DNA from: Takakia lepidozioides
Taxonomy: Eukaryota > Plantae > Bryophyta
DNA length: 64,000 nucleotides
Assembly (NCBI GenBank): GCA_030704615.1
Contig: CM060732.1
Location: 61,566,001-61,630,000, forward strand
Direction: 5' to 3'
Part shown: positions 10,290 to 25,978 of the stretch, piece by piece
Numbering within the stretch: the first letter of the stretch is position 1
Layout: each line of letters begins with the position of its first letter
Notes under the pieces: generated by a model
Databases searched by the model: none
What the model saw: only the letters and a program-made list of their open reading frames with translations
What the model was told of the DNA's origin: nothing
Made by a program: the position numbers and the translations under genes

Positions 10290-12756
10290 TTGCAAGCCTG
10301 GGAGCCTGGAAAAGGGGAAAGAGGTCCATGATGACATCGTCAAAGCTGAAATTGTGCCAGATGTCATTGTGAACACTACCCTGGTGGACATGAATGCCAA
10401 ATGTGGGTGCATTAAGGATGCAAAGGGAGTTTTCAACACTATGGCTGAACGAGATGTGGTGTCATGGAACACGATGCTTGCAGGGTATCCACAGCAGGGA
10501 CGTGGTATGGAGGCCTTGGAGACATATCATTAAATGATGGGGGAAGGGGTGAAGCCCGACCACATCACGTTTTTGTGCATTTGCAATGCGTGTGCAAGCC
10601 TGGCAGCTCTGGAAAAGGGCAAAGAGGTCCATGGCGACATGGTCAGAGCTGCAGTTGTACCAAATGTCATTCTGAACAATACCCTCGTGGACATGTATGA
10701 AGGGAGTGTTTGACAGTATGGCTGAACGAGATGTGGTGTCGTGGAGTGCGATGATTGCAGGATATGCACAGCAAGCGCGGGGGATGGAGGCTTTGGAGAC
10801 CTATGAGCAAATGATGTGCGAAGGGGGTGAAGCCCAACCACATGACGTTTGTTTGCATTTGCGCTAGTGCAAGCCTGGCAGCCCTGGAAAAGTGCAAAGA
10901 GGTCCATGGTGACATTATCAAATCTGGAATTGTACCCAATGTCATTTTGAACACTACCCTGGTGGACATGTATGTCAAATGTGGGTGCATCGAGGATGCA
11001 AATGGAGTGTTTGACAGTATGGCTGAACGTGATGTGGTGTCGTGGAGTGTGATGATTGCTAGATATGCACAGCAAGGGTGCGGGATGGAGGCTTTGGAGA
11101 CCTATGAGCAAACAATGTGCGAAGGGGTGAAAACCAACCACATCACATTTGTTTGTGTTTGCAATGCGTGTGCAAGCCTGGGAGCTCTGGAAAAGGGGAA
11201 AGAGGTCCATGGTGACATCGTCAAAGCTGGAATTGTACCAGATGTCATCCTAAACACTGCCCTGGTGGACATGTATGTCAACACTATGGCTGAACGAGAT
11301 GTGGTGTCGTGGAACGAGATGCTTGCAGGGGTATGCACAACAGGGGCGTGGGATGGAGGCTTTGGAGACCTATGAGCAAATGATAGGGGAAGGAGTGAAG
11401 CCCAACGACATCACGTTTGTGTGCGTTTGCAGTGCGTGTCCAAGCCTGGCAGCCCTGGAAAAGGGCCAAGAGGTGCATGGTTGCATCGCCAAAGCTGGAA
11501 ATTGTACACAGATGTGATCCTGAACAATACCCTCGTGGACATGTATGCCAAATGTGGGAGCATTGAGGATGCGGAGGGAGTGTTCAACAGTATGGCTGAA
11601 CGAGATTTGGTGTCATGGAACGCCGTGCTTGCAGGATATGCACAGCAGGGGCGCGGGATGGAGGCCTGGGAGACCTATGAGAAATGATGGGGGAAGGGGT
11701 AAAGTGCAACCACGTCACGTTTGTGTGCGTTTGCAATGCTTGTGCAAGCCTGGCAGCCCTGGAAAAGGGGAAAGGGTGCATGGTGACATCATCAAAGCTG
11801 GAATTGTACCAAATGTCATTCTGCACACTGCCCTGGTGGACATGTATGCGAAATGTGGGTGCATGAGGATGCAAAGGGAGTATTTGACAATGTGGCTGAA
11901 TGAAATGTGGTGTCGTGGAATCCGATGACGCAGGATATGCCCAGCATGGTTGTCATAGGGAGGTCCTGCAACTATTTGAAGGAATGCAAAAGAACGGCTT
12001 GAAGCCGGACAGTATCACCTTTATATGTGTTCTCTCTGCATGTAGCCACACTGGCCTACTGAATGAAGGAAGACGCTACTTCGATTCCCTTAGTCAAGAT
12101 CATGGTGTCACCCCGCCAGTAAAGCACTTTGGCTGCATGGTGGACCTTCTGGACGTGCGGGACAACTACATGAGGCAGTGGACCTGATTAATAAAATGCC
12201 AATCAATCCAGATGTTGTGGTGTGGAAGGCCTTGCTTGGTGCCTGCAGAATCCATGGCAATGTGGAGATGGCTGAATGTGTGGCAACATCTATCCTCAAG
12301 TGGGATGAACAGGATGCCGCGACTTATGTGTTGCTATACCAAACATCTATGCTGCAGCTGTCAGGTGGGATGACACTGCAAAGGTGAGAAGAATGATGAA
12401 GGTCAGAGGGGTTAGAAAGGAGCCACATGACAAGTTGCATCCCAGAATTAAGGAAATCCATGCTGAGCTGAGAAGAGCGTCTGGGCAGATGAAGGAGGTG
12501 GGGTATGTGCCTGACACACGCTTTTTATTGCATGATGTGGAGGAAAGGAATATTCTCTTTGCCACCACAGTGAGAAGCTGACCATTGGTTTTGGGCTGAT
12601 CAGCACGACTCATCAAGAATCTTCGAGTGTGTGGAGACTGCCACACCTCCACCAAATTCATCTCAAAGATTGTTGGCCGAGCAATTGTTGTATGGGACGC
12701 TAACTACTTTCCACCACTTTGAAGATGGGATTTGTTCTTGTGGTGATTACTGGTGA
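10290..12756 (+). pseudogene. PLS-E-DYW PPR pseudogene (probably the 3' part of the gene starting ~7043)
   Basis: About five PLS triplets, then KPDSITFICVLSACSHTGLLNEG, VVWKALLGACRIHGN, GYVPDTRF, HHSEKL, CGDCH, CSCGDYW-stop at 12754-12756; many frameshifts. Confidence 0.92.
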
Positions 12757-12795
12757 AATGATGTTTTCTTGGAAAGATGCTAGTGTCTTGCTTCA

Positions 12796-13690
12796 TTCAT
12801 TGATCTGTGTAGCTACTCAGACCATCCACCATTTCCTGAGAGTACTGACCATCATGTACTGTTGAGTGCAAGATGCAAATGTCTTGCTTCATTCATTGAT
12901 CTGTGTAGCTACTCAGACCATCCACCATTTCCTGATAGTGGGGTCTACCCGGCATAGGTGGGAAGTCAGCCCACAATTGCACTTGACTGAAGGGGTGATT
13001 TTTGACTGATTCTGGTGACAGTGGATGGAAATCAGAGTGCTGTCCTATTTCTGGGTTTGGGTGGTGGAGCTTCTCCAAAGCTTGAAGATGGAAGTGAATA
13101 CGAAATTTAATGAGCTTGATGAGAGGGGCAGCCCTATGCACAAGTTTGTTCAGCATCTTAAATTTGGACATGTTTGTTTGTTTCTCGTGGTGTGGCTTTG
13201 GATGGAGCCCTTGACGAACTTGCATGAATATTGTCAAAAGCTAGGCTTAACCCACCAAGATCCAATCTCATGGTGGATGCTTGAAAGTTCATATAGTGAA
13301 TGTAAGGGTATTGGGGTATGTTGTTATTGATTGATGCGGCTTGTGAAAATTGAACCTTGAAATGCAGATCCGCCATTTTTCTTCTCAAAAAAACAAAACA
13401 CGGGATCTCTGCATGTAACACCGTGGGGATGACCCACCCCTTTTTTTGTGAAAAATTGAAGGTAGTTCTCAGAATTCGTCGCTAGTAGTGCGAAGCAACG
13501 CGAAGCCCTAGTTCTAGCGACGACAGAAGGTCGGAAGCTAGTTTAGCGTAGTGCAGGAATAGGGTGCCATAGTGTCACGTCATCGTCGCCACGTTTCGTA
13601 GACACGTCATCGTCGTCGTCAATTTCCTTGGAACATGCCCGAAATGCCCGAAAAGCAGCGCGGGGAAGGGCGTGCTCGAGCGCGGAGGGG
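12796..13690. repeat. Dispersed repeat R1, copy 2 (unclassified TE-like, degenerate minus-strand ORF)
   Basis: Near-identical to 39109-39850 (TTGATCTGTGTAGCTACTCAGACCATCCACC...); short internal duplication at 12770-12935. Confidence 0.8.
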
Positions 13691-13699
13691 TTTCAGGCA

Positions 13700-15865
13700 A
13701 TGTGGTGAGGGCACCTTCTTCTTCGACCTGTTTCAGCCTGTTTTACCTCTCATGAAACTCGGCCCTGAGATCCTGTTATCAGAGTCGTCCCTAAATTCCG
13801 ATGTTGAACTCTGCATGGTAGCTCGTTGGTGGATCTATGGTGGTTTTGGAGTGATTTTAACATGTTACTGCCAATGTGGCAACAGGAAAGAATCGAAAAA
13901 CAGATAACAGAGACGAGGAGAAGCTCTGGAATGCTCACCTCAACGATGACCGCAGCTTCTGAAAGAGGATCAAGAGAGGGAGTCCACAATGCCGCTTCTG
14001 GCACTTCTGCACATGTGAAGATGCTTTGTGAGGCAGGCAGACTGACAGAGGCTCTCTGCACAGATAGCTGAAGGAGCAGGGATAGAGGGTGGGTCCAGAT
14101 TCATCTAAGAGGGCCGGATTTCAAGTTCTAGATCACCTATGATCTGTGGAAGGACAGGTACAAGAAACAGATGGTCAACTGCAACCCGCAGCGGCAGCGG
14201 TCAGACACTGCTAATGAAGGCACCTTCTTCAACACATTTCATCATAGTCGGCCCTAAATTTCCGTGTTGAATTCTGCAAGAGAGCTGGTTGAGTGAACCT
14301 TTGATAGTTTGGAGTGAATGACATGATACGGCCAATGTGACAACAGGAAAGTATCCAGAAACAGGTTACAGAGCTGAGGAGAAGCTGTGGAATGAATACT
14401 TGTCCTGACCCCAGTTAATGGTGGGACAACCGAGGCAAAAAGGTGAATGCCTGCTGGATTACAGAGAGTAGCAGATGCAATTGAGCATACAAACTAGTAT
14501 GATAAGTTGAGTTGGGTGTTTCCTAGAACTTCAAGCTCCAAATTACCTATGATTCCCTGTGGATCAATAGCTACAAGAAACCTGCATCGGTAGATGGTCA
14601 CCTAAAGGCAGCAGCTGCAGCGGCACCTTTGCTAAAATCAGGCACCTCAACCATGACCACAGCTTCTGCAAGGGGATCAAGAGAGGGAGTCCACAATGCC
14701 TCTTCTGGCACTTCTGGGCATGTGAAGATGCTTTGTGCAGCAGGCAGTCTGATACAGGCTCTACATACTTTAAGCAAAGGAGGCATTTCAGCAGATTCAG
14801 ATACGTATGTCTGTCTCTTGCTTAAGTGCATCAAGATGGAAGGTCTGGAAGCTGGAAAGCAGATGCACACTCACATTATCCAAAGTGTATTCCCGCCAAG
14901 TGTTTTTCTACTCAACACCCTTGTCTACATGTATGTTAAGTGCAGGAGCATCATGGATGCTCACCAAGTGTTCAACAGAATGCCTCAACCATCTTTGATC
15001 ACGTGGAACGCGATGCTTGCAGGGTATGCACAGCAGGGGCGTGGTATGGAGGCCTTGGAGACCTATGATCAAATGATGGGGGAAGGGGTGAAGCCCGACC
15101 ACATCACGTTTCTGTGCATTTGCAATGCGTGTGCAAGCCTGGCAGCTCTGGAAAAGGGTGAAGAGGTTCATGGTGACATTGTCAGAGCTGCAATTGTACC
15201 AAATGTCATTTTGAACAATACCCTTGTGGACATGTATGAAGGGAGTGTTCGACAGTATGGCTGAACAAGATGTGGTGTCGTGGAGTGTGATGATTGCAGG
15301 ATATGCACAGCAACGGCGTGGGATGGAGGCTCTGGAACGTGATGCTTGCAGGGTATGCTTGCAGGGGCGCGGGATGGAGGCCTTGGAGACCTATGAGCAG
15401 ATGATGGGGGAAGGGGTGAAGTGCAACCACATCACGTTTGTGTGCGTTTGCAATGCTTGTGCAAGCCTGGCAGCCCTGGAAAAGGGCAAAGGGGTGTATG
15501 GTGACATCATCAAAGCTGGAATTGTACCAAGGTTGCAATGCGTGTGCAAGCCTGGGAGCCCTGGAAAATGGGAAAGAGGTCCATGGTGACATCGTCAAAG
15601 CTGGAATTGCACCAGATTCATCCTGATCACTGCCCTGGTGGACATATGCCAAATGTGGGTGGATCGAGGATGCGAAGGGAGTTTTCAACACTGTGGTTGA
15701 ACGAGATGTGGTGTCGTGGAACGCGATGCTTGCAGGGTATGCACAGCAGGGGCACGGGATGGAGGCTTTGGAGACCTATGAACAAATGATGGGGGAAGTG
15801 GTGAAGCCCTCATGGAGTGCAATGATTGCAGGATATGCTCAACATGGATCTCGTACAGAGGCACA
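13700..15865 (+). pseudogene. Second PDF-motif/PLS-PPR gene copy, rearranged and 3' truncated
   Basis: PDF exon remnants at 13912, 14099 and 14372-14442. An open frame from ~14530 (FKLQITYDSLWINSYKKPASVDGHLK) continues through ORF 14629-15264 into PPR repeats. No DYW domain. Confidence 0.8.
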
Positions 15866-16443
15866 TCTTGTTGAAATTTTAAAGTGCGTCTGTGGATTGG
15901 ATCAAATTTAGGTGACTTTGGTCCATTCCGAGGGACTTCAGAGGTTTAAGGGTTTTTCACTAGCTCTCATGGAAAGTACAGACCTAACATAATAATGCGC
16001 ATGGGTAGAGGCAACTACTTCAGACGTTTTCAATGTGAAGAATTTCAACTATGCTGGGCTTTTGCTGACCTGAATGCAAACCAGCACAGATACTGACTCA
16101 AATTCTCGGTAACCGAAATGACACTGAATCACTAGGAGGAACAGCTCCAGCGGTAGAATGACCCTAGAGCATTTCATTATAATTTAAAATAAATTTGACC
16201 CACGAAGAGCAATTCAAATAACGGGAATCTTTTTGTCTCCTATCCCACCCTCCCTCCTTCTGTAGGCCATGTACTCTTGTACTTGTGGTTAGAAAACGAT
16301 TCAGAAGTGGGCAGTCATGAGTTAGGGTTACTATGAATCCTAAGCAGTGATTTGTTTGGATGGGATATGATGATCCCGTTCTTGTTTTCTGAGAGCATCA
16401 CCTACGGTTTTCATTGGCAAGGCAAACCAGTTACTTTTCTTGA

Positions 16444-21089
<4,646 letters not shown>

Positions 21090-21821
21090 CTGGTGTAGAG
21101 ACTGCTCATCGTTTGTCTATATTCAAATCTTAGTTTTGCTACCATTAGTGTTTGCATAAAGTGAAAAATCTGCTCTCTGAAAGCTGATATTTGTCTTTAT
21201 ACTCCTTTGGCAACCAGATTGGATGAAGCAAAATCCATTTCTTGAGTTTTAGGAAAATGCTAGTCTGCACCAAGGTAATTGTTGTGTAAGGAAAATGATG
21301 GCCAAGTCTGCGTCCAAGGGAAATAACCTCTCTAGTCAGTGCTTGCATATCCTTACCGAGCTCTATGTTACAGTCTCTCTGTCTATGGTAAGCAGAATCT
21401 CATTTGTCTCGCTCTCAAGGTCTTTTTCTTGATCACCCAAGTTCACCAATTTTGTTATACTGAAGTAGACATCAGTAGGTGCTCAAATACTCTCTTGCCT
21501 GGAACTTGGAAGAGTTGAAGGGAAGCCAGACTGACATCTGCCAGTTTTATTAGATAAATATCTTAGTGTGTTTGTATGATACAGGAATGTGGAGGGTGTT
21601 TTCTGTTCTTCATTCATCCATCTTAAAAGGAATCATCATCCATCTCGTGGATGGGGAAAATGGAACCCTAATCCCCTGTGTTTCATGTGAAGAAGGATGG
21701 ATCTCTCTCTTCCGCTGCTTATTTTGCTGTATGTGAGCAACAGAGAAATGTGGTGGTGCAGCCTTGGATTGACTCTGCAGGGAGGAGATCTGATCTCAAT
21801 TTTGAGGGATCCATTCAAGAG

Positions 21822-23602
21822 ATGTGCAAGCAAGGACGTCCACCACGTCCATCTTCTGCAACACCTGCCAGTGCCTCTCTGCTCCCTGACAACACACAAC
21901 CCTCCTTGTCTGCCGTTTCCCTGCCATCTGTAACTAAGAAAAAGTTCTTCGAGCTGTATGCTACCACGGTGGGAAAGAACTCAAATCGAATCAGAGATGA
22001 GAGCTGTGATTCAGAGGACGGAGATGAACGGGCTTCCAAGAAACCTAGGAACCTGCTACAGCAAGCTTCAAATACGGAAGAGATCACTGCTGTCGAGGAA
22101 GCGTCTCGTCCCTCATCAAGACCCTCGTCTGAAGACTGGAGCATGCCAACGGACACCATGGTTGCTCTGGAGATGATGTGTGCTCAGTTTCCTAAGATGG
22201 AGAAGACGATGCTGCGGCCTTTTGTGCTGAAATCACAGCTCTACAGCAGCGTCAACGATCGCACTATTGTTGATCGGGAGCTCGAAGTTTTAAGGCTGCA
22301 GCAGGTCAGGCTTCTTTCCAAATTTCCCCACCTGCATGCAATTTTCCACAACTCCCGCGTTCAATTTCATTGTTGATGATCAAAGGGAGGTCTCTTTAGA
22401 GATGCTGGTCATGTAGGGCCGGGGTTTAGAAACTTAATTTGAAAAGAGGTTGTGTTGGAACAAAGTTCACCACCAATCAACCTATCTCCCGTGCCAATGC
22501 CTCAAGACTGCCTTGGACTCTATCAACTGTCATCATTTGCATCATAATCGTCAACATCTTTTGTATAATTGAGTATTTCCCAATTGTAACGAGAATAAAT
22601 CGTTAAATATGAAGCTGAGCATGGAGAGCTCAAATTGCACCATCGCATATCTTTTGAGGCTCACATGTTCTGCAATGATGTCTTTGCCAGGCCTTTAATG
22701 TATTTAAATATGCCTGCCTAGTTAGCCATTTCTGCACATAGGGAACCCTGGCAGCCTGATTTCAGTAAAATTCAGGAAACTTACATATGCTTCTGAGCTT
22801 AGAAAATTACATCCCCTGCACTCCTGCTACATACTTCATAGTTGTTGTGAGACTGGGCAATGTATTCAATACTTGCTCTATCCAATATCTCGTATATACC
22901 GAATGTGTGCTAGTCATGGAATTGTGATGATTTAAAGGCTGCAGTACATGAATGGGGCCACCTGACCAAATCAGCTTCAAGCAACCACATTTTGTATTTG
23001 ATATGTCCATATGTAGGTCTACTACTATGAAGCCATTGACGCATTGTGAATTTTTCTTGTAGGTGGTCCGTACATTCAAGTTGAGTACAGGTCAAGATGA
23101 CTACGCCATCATGTTCCTGGCTGATTACCTTTCGCTGATTGAGGCAGCAAAGAAGAGATTAGACAGAAAGAATTTACCAATGGAACTGGCTATTTTTGAT
23201 TGGTTCAAAGCTCATGTTATTCCGTCCCACTTGGATGCCAGTATAGCACACTCGCAGCTCATGAGATTGTTGTCTGAGGGAGGATCAGCTAAGGAGAGTC
23301 ACGTCTCTCTTCTCATGAATGCAGGGCTTCTAGTGAGACAGCTTGTTGATGAAACCTCGTATTGGTTTTCGATCCCGAATGTAGGATTTGTGCTAAAAAG
23401 CCTGAGCAAAGGGCGGCAAGAAGTATTGTCTTTTCTGACCCGGCGGAGGTACAGAGAGATGTTGCAAGGTCCATTGGAGAGACGACTGTTACGGTACTCC
23501 CAGCTTGGCATGCGTTTCCATCTTCGTGATTTACTAGGCTTGGGAAAGATCCATGTAATACCTTCTCCATCCGGCCCTCTGATTCGGCTTGCTCGTGACT
23601 GA
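21822..23602 (+). CDS. STK19: STK19-like protein (~340 aa); exons 21822-22304 and 23063-23602
   Basis: PFVLKSQLYSSVNDRTIVDRELE|VVRTFKLSTGQDDYAIMFLADY...YWFSIPNVG...LGMRFHLRDLLG; GT-AG intron in phase 0, no lesions. Start codon uncertain. Confidence 0.8.
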
Positions 23603-23858
23603 GAATCATCTGTAGTCTACCCTTCTGGGAAGCAGATGAGCTCCGGTGCCTAACATTCCCCACATCAAGGAGCAGAGTTGTAAATTGGTCCGCATGCAGG
23701 GGGCATGCAGATATGTTGCTTGATTGATGTGCAATCAGGGTTTTCATGGCGGCGTGCCAAAGAGTTATCAGCGCCCTCCTCTCAAAGTGCATGAAATTTT
23801 GGGTGATGTGAAGAAGGATCTGGGCACATCTGCATTGCCTGTTCACATGAAGGTCAAG

Positions 23859-24209
23859 TCTCAATGTGCGTTACAGCCTCTGTTCTTATAGACAAGAAGC
23901 CCATTTAGTTTGGCATTTATGTTAGAATAATTCTTTCTCTTAGAAAGGGAAATTTATATACCCTCACATCCATTTAGTGTTTCCTCATCCGGTAGGGGCA
24001 AGCACTGTACAGTGCAGTAAGGTTGGTAACCTTGTCTCAAGGTGCGTTACAGCCTCCATTCTTATAGACAAGAAGCCGATATACTTTGGCATTTATGTTA
24101 GAATAATTCTTTCTCATGGGAAGGGAAATTTATATACCCTAACATCCATGTAGTATTTCCTCATCTGGTAGGGGCAAGCACTGTAGTGCAGTAAGGTTGG
24201 TTACCTTGT
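23859..24209. repeat. Direct tandem duplication, period ~176 bp
   Basis: TCTCAA-GTGCGTTACAGCCTC...GTGCAGTAAGGTTGGT-ACCTTGT present twice. Confidence 0.9.
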
Positions 24210-24645
24210 TCTATAAAGAGGGTTGGCTACCTTGGAGTCAGTACACGATGAGAACTATTGATTACTTTGTGTTGCTATTACAATAACAAAAGGTTTCAGG
24301 ACCCACATCAGTAAGTGCAGTATACTAGGCTAGGATACCGGAGAATGCAGTCTTCTTTGTAATGAAAGCCAATTTTGATTTCTTATGCTGGAGCCTGGAT
24401 CCATCCAGAATTAGCTTGCCTTTAATGAGCCAACAAGTGTTTTAAGTCTCTTTTACAGAGTCGCCTGAAGCTATCGCACTGGAGCAGGAAAAATCTTTAG
24501 ATGTGCATGATGTTGGCCATGTGGAGTTCTCTCTTGGAGGAAGTAAGTTTATTTCTTTTTCTTTCTTGATTCTCTTTAGTAAGACACGTCCTGAAATAAG
24601 GATGTCAAAGGTCAAAAGGGGCTAACAATGAATATTAGTATATAC

Positions 24646-25431
24646 CAGTGTTGGACCAGTATCATCAACATTTCATACCAGCCAGGGTATGGTATTGTCG
24701 GTGACGAGGCCTCCATAATACCTGGCAGGTAATGGTATCAAAGTAGGTATTAAGCTTTTGATGTACCAGTCTGGTATGTATATTGTTTTTGTTTGGCCTG
24801 GTATGGTATGGTATCAGTATTTCAAACCTTATACTGGGGGTATATCAATACTGGTATCAATACAGTTTTTTATTTTTATTTTTATTTTTAAACTGAAAAA
24901 ATAAAAATCTGTCCAAATTATACCGCTGAGGTGAGCACTTCAGCCGCTGAAGTGATCACCTCATGGGCTGAAGCGCTCACCTCAGCGGCTGAGTGCCGCA
25001 ATTCATAATAACAGGGAGCGGGATCTCACCTCAGGTAATTTGAGGTCACCTTACAAGAGCCATATTACAGGCTGATAAATTAGACAATGCTCCAAGCCTA
25101 AGCAGATTTTCGCCAAAATTGCCATTCAGATCGTCTCAATCAAAGGGCCGCAACTCTCCATGCTGAACCCTAAATCCCTAACGCTCCACATATTGATATC
25201 TAGGGTGCAAGTGACGGCAGTAGACATAGTACTGGTATTGACAAAGCTGCGTTCCTTGCGATACTAGGCTGGTATGGTAGGAGCCAGGTATTAGCGTTTC
25301 ACTATATTGCCCCCAATATGTTCTGGCCGGGGTATTGTCAGTTGCTTATACCCGCCTGGTCTGGTACCCTGCCGTGATACCCTTACCCGTGTTGATACCC
25401 CGCCTCATCCCCATATACCAGTCCAACACTG
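24646..25431. mobile_element. Non-autonomous hAT element (MITE), 786 bp
   Basis: TIRs CAGTGTTGGAC / GTCCAACACTG, 8-bp TSD GTATATAC (24638-24645, 25432-25439), GGTAT/ATACC subterminal repeats, no ORF. Confidence 0.9.
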
Positions 25432-25978
25432 GTATATACACTGGCTTGCGAGGCGCATGCAATTTGTAAAGTAACAATTGAATGTCTTGAAGGTGTTGCG
25501 TTAGTCCAGTTGTTGTATCTCCTGTGTCTTGTGTTACAGTAAAGTGCATGTTGTGTCTTGACAACAATTTGAAGCACTAAACAACATTTCCTAAATCTGT
25601 TAGACGTAGTTTAAATCTGTTGAAGTTAGGAAGGCATGTGTGATTCACTCAATTTCAGGCCCACTCTGTTTATCTCTCCCTGGCTCAGAACCCTAAACTG
25701 GGCTGCCCATAAAACTTTACCAGCTTTACCCTAAAAGGCTATCACTTTCCATTTGGAAGGTAGAGTGGAAGGTGGACTACGACCATAAAACTTTACCAGA
25801 ACAACGTGGTTATCCAAATCACCTCCCCCAAAGACTCGAAAATTTGGAGGTGGCAAATTTGGTTGATGCGGATAACTTATGATGTCACTTTATCCTAAAA
25901 GGCTATTGCCTTCCATTTCTGGAAGTTGGACACCTTATAATTGCTGTAACCGGGGCAACGGCGTTGCTTTTGACATAG

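Noticed and set aside
3590-11340. Many minus-strand ORFs over the PPR cluster
   Set aside because: Antisense shadows of the repetitive PPR coding strand.
2860-12756. U-to-C editing (DYW:KP-type) deaminases
   Set aside because: Domains show a PG box, HSEKL and terminal DYW, i.e. the canonical C-to-U type.
3350-15865. CRISPR-like or satellite array
   Set aside because: The repeats are coding PPR triplets without unique spacers, in a eukaryotic context with no cas genes.
25165-25700. Telomere-like AACCCTAAA motifs
   Set aside because: Isolated single occurrences, not an array.
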